Below are positions 30,355 through 39,808 of a stretch of 64,000 nucleotides of DNA, piece after piece. Where the stretch lies: the NCBI GenBank assembly GCA_036676985.1, contig JAKFBU010000026.1, positions 257,265-321,264 of the forward strand. Direction: 5' to 3'. The translations under genes were made by a program, and so were the position numbers. The DNA comes from Candidatus Sericytochromatia bacterium. Lineage in GTDB: Bacteria > Cyanobacteriota > Sericytochromatia > S15B-MN24 > UBA4093. Within the stretch, counting starts at the first letter, position 1. Each line of letters opens with the position of its first letter. The notes beneath the pieces are model-generated. The model was given only the letters and a program-made list of their open reading frames with translations, ran no database searches and was not told the DNA's origin.

Positions 30355-31662
30355 ATGCTTCCTGGGCGCATCTCCTGGTCTCACCCCGCCCTTCCGGGGC
30401 ATCGAGCGCCTTTGGCGCTCGGCGTGTTGCTAACGCTCGTGACCGTGGCCGTGGCAGGGTGTTCCGGCCCGGAGCGGAAGGGGATCCGGTTCGCCACCTG
30501 GGGCAGCGTGGATGAGATCGCCCTCCTGAAGCCGCTGCTCGCCGAGTTCGAGGCCGCGCACCCGGAGACGCCGGTCGAGCTCGTGCACGTGCCGGACGGA
30601 TACTTTCAAAAGCTGCCGGTCATGGTCGCGAGCGGCCAGATGCCGGACGTGCTCTTCCTCAACAACTGGAGCCTGCCCGCCTATGCGAGTGCCGGCGCCC
30701 TGCGGGACCTGGGACCCCACCTGAAGGCGAGCCGAGCCCTCAAGGAGGGCGACTTCTTCGCTCAGTCGCTAGGGGCCATGCGCTACCAGGAGAAGCTCTA
30801 CGCCGTGCCGCGGGACCTCTCGAACCTCGTCGTCTACGTCAACCGCGATCGCTTCCAGGCAGCGGGTGTGCCCGTGCCCACCGCGGGTTGGACCATGCGG
30901 GAGCTGGTCGAGGTCTCGAAGTCCCTGACCCGGGACACCGACGGCAACGGCGAGCCCGACGTGTTCGGCGTCTCCTTCGACAAGCGGCCCCTCTTCTGGA
31001 TGCCCTACGTCTGGAGCTTCGGCGGGGACATGTTCAGCGCGGACCTCTCCCGCTGCACCCTGGACGCCCCCGAGGCCCAAGAGGCGCTCCAGTTCTACGC
31101 GGACCTCCAGCAGCAGCACCAGGTCGCCCCCGGCGAGAAGCACACGGGTAATGCCCCCATGGCCCAGCTCTTCGCGCAGGGCAAGATCGCCATGTTCGTC
31201 AGCGGCCGCTGGAGCGTGCCCGGCTTCCGCAAGAACCTGGAGTTCGACTGGGACGTCCTGCCCTTCCCGCGGGGCGCCTCCGGCTCGGTGGTGGACGTGG
31301 ACGCCTCGGGCTGGGCCGTGTCGGCCGCGAGCAAGAAGCCCGACCAGGCCTGGGCCCTCATCGAGTTCCTGGCTTCCCGACGTGCGAGCGAGGTGTTCTC
31401 GGCGGGCGGCCTCATCGTTCCGGCCCGCAGGGACGTGGCCGAGAGTCCGGCCTACCTCGCCACGAACGAGCGGCCGAAGGGTGCCCGGGCCTTCGTGGGC
31501 GCGATCGCCACCGGCCGCCCCATGCGCACCCCGCCCAACTGGAACGAGGTCTCGGTCGAGCTGGACCTCCAGCTCGAACCCCTCTGGCTCGGCCGCGAGA
31601 AGGCCGCCACCGTCCTGCCCCGCGCGAGCAAGCGCCTGAACGAACTGTTGAGCCAGCGATGA
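30355..31662 (+). CDS. sugar ABC transporter substrate-binding lipoprotein
   Basis: Lipobox VAGC, PDV, YAVP, family-1 SBP layout. Confidence 0.92.
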   Translation: MLPGRISWSHPALPGHRAPLALGVLLTLVTVAVAGCSGPERKGIRFATWGSVDEIALLKPLLAEFEAAHPETPVELVHVPDGYFQKLPVMVASGQMPDVLFLNNWSLPAYASAGALRDLGPHLKASRALKEGDFFAQSLGAMRYQEKLYAVPRDLSNLVVYVNRDRFQAAGVPVPTAGWTMRELVEVSKSLTRDTDGNGEPDVFGVSFDKRPLFWMPYVWSFGGDMFSADLSRCTLDAPEAQEALQFYADLQQQHQVAPGEKHTGNAPMAQLFAQGKIAMFVSGRWSVPGFRKNLEFDWDVLPFPRGASGSVVDVDASGWAVSAASKKPDQAWALIEFLASRRASEVFSAGGLIVPARRDVAESPAYLATNERPKGARAFVGAIATGRPMRTPPNWNEVSVELDLQLEPLWLGREKAATVLPRASKRLNELLSQR

Positions 31663-32549
31663 ACAAGACCTTGAAGCGCTGGCTGGGACCCGACGGGGCG
31701 TGGGCGTGGCTGTTCCTCTTGCCGAGCGCGCTCGGCATCCTCGTGTTCAACCTGTTGCCCATCGCGGGCTCCTTCTATCTGAGCCTGACGAAGTGGAACC
31801 TGCTCGGCAACCCGCGCTTCGTGGGCCTGCAGAACTACCAGGACCTGTTCGCCGACAGTCGCTTCTACCAGGTGATGGGGCAGACCTTTGCCTTCGTGGG
31901 CGCAGTCGTCGCCCTCGACGTGGTGCTCGGCCTCCTGCTTGCCGTGGCCCTGCACCAGAAGCTCAAGGGCGTGGCGTGGCTGCGGGCGGCTTACTTCATC
32001 CCGTACGTGAGCTCCATGGTCGCGATCGCCATCGTCTGGGGCTGGCTCTTCGACCCGCGCTACGGGGCCCTCAACGCGGCGCTCAAGGGCCTCGGCCTCG
32101 AGCCCGTCTTCTGGCTCTCGGACCCCCATTGGGCCTTGCCCTCGCTGGTGGCCGTCACCGTCTGGAAGGGCCTGGGCTACACCATGCTGCTCTTCCTGGC
32201 GGGCTTGCAGGCGATCCCCTCGCACTACGAGGAGGCTGCGGCCCTGGACGGCGCGGGTGCCTGGCGGACCTTCACGCGCGTGACCCTGCCGTTGCTCTCG
32301 CCCACGGTCTTTCTGGTCACGACCATCTCGCTCATCAACGCCTTTCAGGTCTTCGACGTGGTCTACATGCTCACGGGCGGCGGCCCTGCGAACCAGACCT
32401 CGGTCCTGGTCTACTGGCTGTATCAGAACGCCTTCGGCTACTTCAACATGGGCAAGGCGTCGGCGATCGCCTACGTCCTCTTCGCCCTGATCCTCGCCGT
32501 CACGCTCGTCCAGTGGCGCCTGCGCAAGCGCTGGGTGGTGTACGAATGA
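31659..32549 (+). CDS. sugar ABC transporter permease
   Basis: FVGLQNY, EEAAALDGA EAA loop. Confidence 0.95.
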   Translation: MNKTLKRWLGPDGAWAWLFLLPSALGILVFNLLPIAGSFYLSLTKWNLLGNPRFVGLQNYQDLFADSRFYQVMGQTFAFVGAVVALDVVLGLLLAVALHQKLKGVAWLRAAYFIPYVSSMVAIAIVWGWLFDPRYGALNAALKGLGLEPVFWLSDPHWALPSLVAVTVWKGLGYTMLLFLAGLQAIPSHYEEAAALDGAGAWRTFTRVTLPLLSPTVFLVTTISLINAFQVFDVVYMLTGGGPANQTSVLVYWLYQNAFGYFNMGKASAIAYVLFALILAVTLVQWRLRKRWVVYE

Positions 32550-33361
32550 AGCGATTCTTCGCCTATGCCGTCTTGATCCTTGGGGCGCTCTCCATGGCCC
32601 TGCCCTTCGGGGTGATGGTGGCGACGTCCCTCATGACGAGCGCCCAGGCGCTCGCCTATCCGCCCCGGCTCCTGCCGGACCCGGTGGCCTGGGGGAACTA
32701 CGCCCAGGCCTTCACGGCGACGCCGCTCTGGCGATACTTCCTCAACAGCTTCCTCGTCTCGGGGGCGACGGTGTTGGGCCAGGTGCTGACGGGCTCCATG
32801 GCGGCCTACGCGTTTGCGCGGCTGCGCTTCCGGGGCCGCGAGGCGCTCTTCCTGGTGTTCCTCGCGACCATGATGGTGCCGCCGCAGGTGAACGTGGTGC
32901 CGCTCTTCGGGATGATCTGCCGCTTCGGGTGGGTGGACAGCTACTGGGCGCTCATCGTGCCGGGGCTCTTCGGGGCCTTCGGCGTCTTCCTGATGCGCCA
33001 GTGGTTCCTCACCTTCCCGGCGGAGCTGGAGGAGGCGGCGACGCTGGACGGCTGCTCGCCGTGGGGCACGTTCTGGCGCATCGCCTTCCCGACGGCGTTG
33101 CCGGCGATCGCGACGCTCGCCATCTTCGCGTTCATCACGAGCTGGAACTCGTTCTTCTGGCCGCTGGTGGTGACGAACTCCGAGGCGCTAAGGACCTTGC
33201 CCGTGGGCCTTGCGAGCTACCGTGCGTCCTTCCGGGAGATCACGGACTGGGGGACGCTCATGGCGGCGACCACGCTCGCCATCCTGCCCGCCATCGGCGT
33301 GTTCCTCCTGGGGCAGAAGTACTTCATCCAGGGCATGCTCGCGGGCAGCGTCAAGGAATAG
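32546..33361 (+). CDS. sugar ABC transporter permease
   Basis: EEAATLDG, WNSFFWPL, GSVKE; ATGA overlap. Confidence 0.95.
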   Translation: MKRFFAYAVLILGALSMALPFGVMVATSLMTSAQALAYPPRLLPDPVAWGNYAQAFTATPLWRYFLNSFLVSGATVLGQVLTGSMAAYAFARLRFRGREALFLVFLATMMVPPQVNVVPLFGMICRFGWVDSYWALIVPGLFGAFGVFLMRQWFLTFPAELEEAATLDGCSPWGTFWRIAFPTALPAIATLAIFAFITSWNSFFWPLVVTNSEALRTLPVGLASYRASFREITDWGTLMAATTLAILPAIGVFLLGQKYFIQGMLAGSVKE

Positions 33362-33395
33362 CTGCGAAGCCTTTACGACCCCGGCCTGGGGTCGG

Positions 33396-33474
33396 CGTCA
33401 CCCCGGCGAAAGCCAGGGTCCAGGGCATGCGCCCGAAGAGCCGACCCTGGATCCCGGCTTTCGCCGGGATGACG
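33396..33474. repeat. REP/RPE-like palindromic element
   Basis: CGTCACCCCGGCGAAAGCCAGGGTCCAGGG...CCCTGGATCCCGGCTTTCGCCGGGATGACG; short copy at 61163. Confidence 0.75.
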
Positions 33475-33504
33475 GCCATATCCTCGCTCAAGCGGTCAAA
33501 GAGA

Positions 33505-33536
33505 AAGCCCCCCGAGCTCTCGAGCTCGGGGGGCTG
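33505..33536 (-). terminator. terminator hairpin
   Basis: AGCCCCCCGAGCTC/GAGCTCGGGGGGCT with a T-rich tail on the minus strand. Confidence 0.75.
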
Positions 33537-33548
33537 AACGTCTTGGAA

Positions 33549-34166
33549 CTAGCGGCGGCTCGCCGGGGTCACGGGATCGGCCGGCGGGGTCACCGGATCC
33601 GCGGGAGCGGGGGCCGCGCCGCCCGGCACCGGCGGGTTGTTCGCGCCGAAGTCCTTGCCCGACTGGAACGCCTTGCCCACGGCCTCCTCGAGCTCCGAGA
33701 AGATCAGCTTGCCGTTCTTGTTCAGGTCGGCCTCTTCGAAGGTCAGGAAGAGGGGCTCGGCCAGCTCGGAGGCCACGAGCTCCAGGTCGCCGTCGGCGTC
33801 GGCCTTGATGAAGCCCTGGATGAGCGCATCGTGCACCAGCTTGGTCGCCGGCTTGAGGGGCTTGCTCACGAACTCCGTGAACGAGATCTTCCCGTCCAGG
33901 TTCGCGTCCACCTGGTCGAAGCCCGTGTCGCTCAGCGCGGCCGCGCGGCTCTCATCCTTGGTCATGTAGCCGTTGGCGTTCAGGTCCATCTTCGTGAAGA
34001 CGCCCTTGTAAAAAGCGCGCACGCCCGTCTCGAGCTTCGCGAGGCTCGTCTTCGACTGAGCCTCCAGCGTGGCCTTCGCGCTCTGGCGGGGGGACACCAT
34101 GCTACCGGGAACGCCGCAACCGGACAGCAGGACCAACACCGAAGCCGCAGCCACGAACAGACGCAC
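33549..34166 (-). CDS. EF-hand lipoprotein
   Basis: Lipobox LSGC; four loops DLNANG, DANLDG, DADGDL, DLNKNG. Confidence 0.85.
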   Translation of the reverse strand: MRLFVAAASVLVLLSGCGVPGSMVSPRQSAKATLEAQSKTSLAKLETGVRAFYKGVFTKMDLNANGYMTKDESRAAALSDTGFDQVDANLDGKISFTEFVSKPLKPATKLVHDALIQGFIKADADGDLELVASELAEPLFLTFEEADLNKNGKLIFSELEEAVGKAFQSGKDFGANNPPVPGGAAPAPADPVTPPADPVTPASRR

Positions 34167-34356
34167 GTTTGACCTTCCTTTCGCAAACGACCCATTAACC
34201 AATGGTTATTATTTAGAAAGTTGCGGTTAAAACTTGCTTAATTCGATCGATTTTTACAGCTTATTAACGCCGCGATAACCGACTCTTTTGTACTGGGGCC
34301 GATAATCCCTTCAACGACATCAAGGGGATCGTCGCTTGGGGGAAGGAGCAGTCCAG

Positions 34357-35364
34357 ATGGCCATCAATCAAATCGCTCAGAAGCCCGCCGTGCAGCTGCC
34401 GAGCCGTCCCGCTCAGGCGCAACCGGCGGCTACCGCTCAATCGGCCGCGCTGAAGGCCCAGGACCAGCTGGCCCTCTCCAACGATCCGCTCCGAGCTAAG
34501 GTGCTCGCCGCCTTGAGCAAGGGCGAGAAGCCTTCCTTCAAGTCGATCGAAGCCTACAAGGCCTTCAGCAGTTCGTCCGTCGGCGTCCTCAAGGCTGCCG
34601 AGACGCGCCTCGCCTCCGCCCAGTCCGTGCTGAACGGCGCCACCGCCGCCCGGACGGCCAAGGAGCAGGAGCTCGGCCTCGCAGGCCTCAAGCAGGCCGT
34701 GGACCAGGCCAACGAGGCTCAGCTCGATGCCGTCCAGCCCGGCCGCCATCAGGCCGCAGCGACCCTCAAGGAGGCCGAGGCCATGACCGGCAAGCTCGTC
34801 CAGATCGAGCAGCGCATGGCCGAGATCGAGAATGCCATCGCCCGCGACGAGGCCCTCAACCGCCGGACCGAGCGCAACCTTCGCCACACGGATCTCTCAG
34901 ACGACCGCGCGACCGCCGGCCTGCAAGTCGTGCTCGGCGCGACGGCCGTGGCGGGCCTGGCCGCGAGCAAGGCGGGCATTGCCAAGCGCCGCCAGGAGAT
35001 CGTCGAGCTGACGGGTCAGCGCGTGCAGGTCGAGGTCCAGATCCAGAGCAAGCAGGCGCTCGCACAGCAGTATGCCGCACGGCCGGGCGTTCCCAGCCAG
35101 ATCGAGGCGACCTCTCAGCGCCTCGAGGCCGCCCAGCGGGCTTTTGCGGCGGCGGACGGCCAGGTCAAGCCGCTGCGCGATCGCGTGCAGCTCGCCACCC
35201 ACGACGTGGCCGCGGCCAAGGCACAGGCCGACAAGGCCTCGGCCCTCGTGAGCCACCTCAAGGACTACGACGCCTCCTTCCCCACGACCCTGCGCGCCAA
35301 GTGGCGCTTCTCGGACTCGGACTGGAAGCAGGACCTCGATCGCCACTGGCAGTCCCTGCGCTAG
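34357..35364 (+). CDS. coiled-coil hypothetical protein with one hydrophobic segment
   Basis: Ala/Gln-rich heptads, AGLQVVLGATAVAGLAA; AAGGAG RBS; GCCGATAA at 34298. Confidence 0.75.
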   Translation: MAINQIAQKPAVQLPSRPAQAQPAATAQSAALKAQDQLALSNDPLRAKVLAALSKGEKPSFKSIEAYKAFSSSSVGVLKAAETRLASAQSVLNGATAARTAKEQELGLAGLKQAVDQANEAQLDAVQPGRHQAAATLKEAEAMTGKLVQIEQRMAEIENAIARDEALNRRTERNLRHTDLSDDRATAGLQVVLGATAVAGLAASKAGIAKRRQEIVELTGQRVQVEVQIQSKQALAQQYAARPGVPSQIEATSQRLEAAQRAFAAADGQVKPLRDRVQLATHDVAAAKAQADKASALVSHLKDYDASFPTTLRAKWRFSDSDWKQDLDRHWQSLR

Positions 35365-35373
35365 GAGGCCAGC

Positions 35374-36519
35374 ATGCAGCCGATCTCGTCGCCGAACTCC
35401 GCGCCCCGCCCCCAGCCCGCGCAGGCCAACCGCGCCAAGCTCTGGGTCGGCGATGCCGATACGTTCCAGCAGGCCCTGCGCCTCGTCGACGGCGCCCAGA
35501 CCTCCGTGCGGTTCGAGACGTTCAACTTCAACGCCGAGCAGGGGCGGGGCCTCGCCGAGGCCTTCGTGCGGGCCCGCGCCCGGGGCGTCAACGTCCAGGT
35601 CGTGCTCGATTCCAAGTCCATGCGCCTGGAGAACCAGCGCGAGCTGGCCGACATGTTGCTGAAGGCCGGTGTGGATGTCCGAGTCTTCGATCCCAAGAGC
35701 TTTTCCAAGCCCATCATCAGCATCGACCATGCCAAGATCCTGAGCGTGGACGGCACGGTCGCCCTGGTCGGCGGCACCAACTTCGACCGGCACGTGGACT
35801 TCGATCTCAACTTCGAGCTCGAGGGGCCTTCGGTGCCCATCCTCGAGGACAAGTTCGTCCAGAGCTGGGGCAACAGCAAGCCGGCAGGTCCTGTCGAGGC
35901 ACGCCCCGACCTGCCGCCCGTCAAGCCCATCAAGCCGGCCGAGGGCAAGCCCGTGATGGGTGCCGACACCTTCGTGCGCGTCACCGAGACCGCCCCCAAG
36001 GTGGGTCCCCGGGTGGCTCCCCAGACCGCCGACGAGATCCAGTCCGCCATCCGCAAGGCCGAGAAGTCCATCGACCTCCTCATGTACGTGCTCGACGACG
36101 CCGACACCCTTTCGGCGCTCAAGGACGCCAAGCGGCGCGGCGTCGACATCCGGGTCCTTCTCAACCCGCCCGACGCCCACAAGGCCTCCTTCAGCATGCT
36201 CAACTACGTCGGCCTCGACGAGCTCCAGAAGGCCGACATCCCGGTCCGCCTCTTCAGGGTCTCGCCCGAGTACTACGACCTGCACGCCAAGGTCGCCATC
36301 TTCGACGGCCAGGAGGTCCTGGGCGGCTCGACCAACTGGATGAAGGGGGCCATGCACGACTTCAACGAGGTCGGCGTCTGGCTCAAGGGGCCCGTCACGG
36401 ACGAGGTCCAGCACGTCTTCGAGCGCGCATGGCAGGAGCAATCCTTGGCCGTGCCCCCCAAGACCTTCAAGGACCGGGCCAAGACCACCCTGATGAAGGC
36501 CCTCGCCAAAATCCTCTAG
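35374..36519 (+). CDS. phospholipase D superfamily protein (two HKD motifs)
   Basis: HAKILSVD..GGTN and HAKVAIFD..GSTN. Confidence 0.9.
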   Translation: MQPISSPNSAPRPQPAQANRAKLWVGDADTFQQALRLVDGAQTSVRFETFNFNAEQGRGLAEAFVRARARGVNVQVVLDSKSMRLENQRELADMLLKAGVDVRVFDPKSFSKPIISIDHAKILSVDGTVALVGGTNFDRHVDFDLNFELEGPSVPILEDKFVQSWGNSKPAGPVEARPDLPPVKPIKPAEGKPVMGADTFVRVTETAPKVGPRVAPQTADEIQSAIRKAEKSIDLLMYVLDDADTLSALKDAKRRGVDIRVLLNPPDAHKASFSMLNYVGLDELQKADIPVRLFRVSPEYYDLHAKVAIFDGQEVLGGSTNWMKGAMHDFNEVGVWLKGPVTDEVQHVFERAWQEQSLAVPPKTFKDRAKTTLMKALAKIL

Positions 36520-36526
36520 CCAAGAC

Positions 36527-36558
36527 GAGAGGGGCCCGCCGACCGGCGGGCCCCTCTT
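36527..36558. terminator. bidirectional terminator
   Basis: GAGGGGCCCGCCG/CGGCGGGCCCCTC between convergent genes. Confidence 0.75.
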
Positions 36559-36570
36559 GTCGCGTGCGGG

Positions 36571-37764
36571 TTAGAGCGAGACGCTGTTGGCCACGTTCAT
36601 CAGGTCGGCCACCGTCGACAGGTTGATGGCCTGCGTGGTGCCGTCCGTGAAGGTCACCGTGCCCTCCGGGTTCGACGCGCTCATGGCGATGTCGCCCAGC
36701 TTGGTGGTGCCGTCGGCCGCGAAGATGGCGCCTCCGGACTTGTCGCCTCCTGCGGTCGACTGATCCATGGTGAGCTTCAGGACCAGCTTGCCCTTGAAGT
36801 CCAGCTTGAGCTCGCCCTTGGAGCTGTAGCTGGCCATGGCGTTGACCATGTCCAGGGAGCAGTTGACCACGATGGTCTCGCCCTTGGCAGTGACGATGGT
36901 GCCCTGCTGCGAGAAGGTGGTCGTCGTGCTCCCCTCGCTCATGGCGAAGGCCACGACGCTCGTCAGGTCGATCGTGCCGCCGCCCGGGGCGTCACCCTTG
37001 ACCGTGAGGGTGATCTTGCCCTCGTCGAAGGTGCTCTTGAACGTGATGTGCTGGGTAGTGGTCGCGTCCTTTGGCGTGAAGGCCTGGCTGGCCTCGACGG
37101 CAGCCTTGTCGCCGACCATGGTCATGCTGCCCGCGGTCACGTAGCGGCCCAGCTTGCGGAACTCGGAGGCCGTCACGACCTCGTCGCGGGTGTACGATCC
37201 GCCGGCTAGGGAGCCCCAGCCCCCGACGATGTCGCCGAAATCCAGCTCCTGATCCGCGCCGGGGTCGGGGGTGTAGCCCGCCTTGGGGATGCGGGTGGTC
37301 AGGGTGGTCTCGTAGTGCTCGACCGCTACGCCGTCGATCCGCCCCTCCTCGGTGATCCGCTGGGAGAGGACGTATTCGGTCTCCGTCTCCTCGATCGTGG
37401 GCTCGCCCACCACCTCGTGGAACCACTCGAGCTCGGTGTAGGAGTCGTCCGGCAGCTCATCGTCAGCGACCGACTGCGCCGCGAGGAGGCGGTAGCCCGC
37501 GGCTGCCTGCTGCAGGTCGGCGACGGTCCCCCGCGGGGCGGCCGCGGAGGAGCTCTTGAGGTCGCGCAGAGAGGCAAGGGCCGCGTTCAGGCTCGCGAGC
37601 CCCTCCTTGGTCCTGAGGGCGGCTTCCTGGGCAGTGAGCGGGGCCACGGTCGTGAGGTTGGAGTTGTCGCTCACCTGGCCGCCGGGAGCCCCGGGTAGGC
37701 CAAACTGGGTACAGCCGGGAGCGACGAGCAGGACGGCGAGGAAGGCGGGCAGTAGTCGTTGCAT
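36571..37764 (-). CDS. hypothetical beta-rich lipoprotein
   Basis: Lipobox-like APGC, Thr/Gly-rich; GGAGG RBS. Confidence 0.8.
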   Translation of the reverse strand: MQRLLPAFLAVLLVAPGCTQFGLPGAPGGQVSDNSNLTTVAPLTAQEAALRTKEGLASLNAALASLRDLKSSSAAAPRGTVADLQQAAAGYRLLAAQSVADDELPDDSYTELEWFHEVVGEPTIEETETEYVLSQRITEEGRIDGVAVEHYETTLTTRIPKAGYTPDPGADQELDFGDIVGGWGSLAGGSYTRDEVVTASEFRKLGRYVTAGSMTMVGDKAAVEASQAFTPKDATTTQHITFKSTFDEGKITLTVKGDAPGGGTIDLTSVVAFAMSEGSTTTTFSQQGTIVTAKGETIVVNCSLDMVNAMASYSSKGELKLDFKGKLVLKLTMDQSTAGGDKSGGAIFAADGTTKLGDIAMSASNPEGTVTFTDGTTQAINLSTVADLMNVANSVSL

Positions 37765-37842
37765 GAGGATCCTCCGGGAAAAGCTACGTTTCGGTAACTC
37801 TATTCCCGGCTTGCTTTTCGTTTAGTATTGCAAATTGTGTCA

Positions 37843-39687
37843 CTAAGCCAGGGCCCCGTTGGAATGGCTGGAGGGGCCGGGCTCACCCGTCTCGCCCGTC
37901 ACGGGCAGCGAGAACCAGAAGGTGCTGCCCTGCCCCGGCTGGCTGCGCACGCCGATGGTGCCGCCGTGCGCCTCGACGATGGCCTTGCAGATCGAAAGGC
38001 CGAGCCCGCTGCCGCCGGCCTTGCGCGTGGAGCCCATGTCCAGCTGCTTGAAGGGCGAGAAGAGCTTGGGGATGTCCGCCGCGGTGATGCCGGGGCCCGA
38101 GTCCGTGACCTCGGTGACCAGGCGATCGCCCTTCACGTGCGCCGCAAGCTGGATGTGGCCGCCTTCGGGCGTGAACTTGATGGCGTTGTCGAGCAGGTTG
38201 GTGAGGACCTGCGTGATGCGGGCGCCGTCCAGGGTGACGAGCGTCTCCACCTGCACCTGCACCTCCACTTCCAGCTGCTTGTCGGCTGCCAGGGGGCGCA
38301 GGCTCGAGACGACCTCGCGCACCAGGGGCAGGTAGTCGGTCTCGTACGGATCGAGGTGGAACTTTCCGGCCTGCATGCGTCCCACGTCCAGGAGGTTGTT
38401 GACCAGGGCGAGCATTCGGTCCGCGCCCTGCAGGATCTTCTCGAGGTACTCGACCTGCAGCTCGTTGAGGGGGCCGGCGACCTCGTCCTCCAGGATGCTC
38501 GCGAAGCCCGTGATGAAGTTGAGGGGCGTGCGCAACTCGTGGCTGATGACCGAGAGGAACTCGTCCTTGTAGCGATCGACCTGGCGCAGCTCCTCGATGG
38601 CGAGCTCCAGGGCCTGATTCTTCTCGGCGAGCTCCCGGGTGCGCTGGTCGACGAGCCCTTCGAGCTCCTGGGTGCGCTGGCGTTCCGTGAGGTCCCGGGT
38701 GATCTTCGAGTAGCCGAGGAGCGTGTGCTGGTCGTCGTAGACGGGCGTGAGGACCATGTCCGCCCAGAAGCGGGTGCCGTCCTTGCGGACCCGCCACCCC
38801 TCGTCGCGGGCATGGCCCTCGGCGAGGGCCCGGGCGAGCAGGCGATCGGGCTTTCCCTCGGCGACGGCCTCGGGCGGGTAGAAGCGCGAGAAGTGTTGGC
38901 CCAGGATCTCGGCCTCCCGGTAGCCCTTGAACTGCTCGGCCCCCTTGTTCCAGCTGATGATGCGGCCTTCCGGGTCGAGCATGTAGATGGCGTAGTCCGC
39001 GACGTTCCGGACCAGGAACTCGAACTGGCGGACGTCCTTGGTACGGCGGGCGACCTCGGCCTCGACCTGCTCGTAGTGGCGACGCAGGTCATCATAGAGC
39101 TGCTCCAGCTCTTCCTGCTGGGCCTGCAGCTCTTCCTGCTGCGCCTGGAGCTCCTCGGTCTGCATCTGGAGCTCTTCGTTGAGGGTTTGCAGCTCCTCGG
39201 CGTGGTTCTGGGCGGCCTGCTTGTCCGCGTCGAGCCGTGCGAACTCGCCGAGCATGTCGGCATAGACCTTGAACGCCGCCTCCTGGAGCCGGGTGTAGAG
39301 GTCCTCGAGCTCCAGGGTGATGACGACGACCGTCTCGGCGTCGGAGGTGTAGGTCGGTAGGAACTTCAGGAGCGCCTGCTTTTGCGCCGTATAGACCAGC
39401 ACCAGATCACCCGGCTGGACGTCGCGCTTCGAGAGGCCCGGCAACTCGTCGGCCTGCCACTTCTGGAGGCTATCCACCGCGCGGGCCCAGGTGTCCCCCG
39501 TCTCCAGGTCCGCCAGGGACTGCGCCATGGCCCCCAGCGACTGCGCCATGAGCTCCGCTTCGGACTTGTGGCGGACCAGCTTCAGCAGCGGCGTATCGTA
39601 CTCCCGGAGGAGGCGCAGATTCTCGGCCGTGAGCGCCTCCAGGTGGTGGCGCTTCAGATGGGTTGCATAGTCCCTTAGCAGCATCAA
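37843..39687 (-). CDS. cytoplasmic PAS sensor histidine kinase
   Basis: EELQ heptads, PAS (WNKGAE..RKDGTRFW), SHELRTPL, NAIKFT, DSGPG, GSGLGL. Confidence 0.95.
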   Translation of the reverse strand: MMLLRDYATHLKRHHLEALTAENLRLLREYDTPLLKLVRHKSEAELMAQSLGAMAQSLADLETGDTWARAVDSLQKWQADELPGLSKRDVQPGDLVLVYTAQKQALLKFLPTYTSDAETVVVITLELEDLYTRLQEAAFKVYADMLGEFARLDADKQAAQNHAEELQTLNEELQMQTEELQAQQEELQAQQEELEQLYDDLRRHYEQVEAEVARRTKDVRQFEFLVRNVADYAIYMLDPEGRIISWNKGAEQFKGYREAEILGQHFSRFYPPEAVAEGKPDRLLARALAEGHARDEGWRVRKDGTRFWADMVLTPVYDDQHTLLGYSKITRDLTERQRTQELEGLVDQRTRELAEKNQALELAIEELRQVDRYKDEFLSVISHELRTPLNFITGFASILEDEVAGPLNELQVEYLEKILQGADRMLALVNNLLDVGRMQAGKFHLDPYETDYLPLVREVVSSLRPLAADKQLEVEVQVQVETLVTLDGARITQVLTNLLDNAIKFTPEGGHIQLAAHVKGDRLVTEVTDSGPGITAADIPKLFSPFKQLDMGSTRKAGGSGLGLSICKAIVEAHGGTIGVRSQPGQGSTFWFSLPVTGETGEPGPSSHSNGALA

Positions 39688-39808
39688 ACGTCGGCGCTTT
39701 CTGAAGTTGAGGCAGTGCGGGTAGGCAGGAGGTCCTTAATGAAGTATTATAAGCACGATTGGAAGGTGCGCCAACCCGATTTCTGAACGATTTGCCGCAC
39801 TTCATGAC

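Noticed and set aside
34261-34305. Full canonical sigma28 promoter
   Set aside because: GCCGATAA is perfect but no TAAA lies at the 15-nt spacing, so it is used only as weak support
39100-39200. 21-bp tandem-like repeats in the kinase gene
   Set aside because: Encode ordinary EELQ coiled-coil heptads
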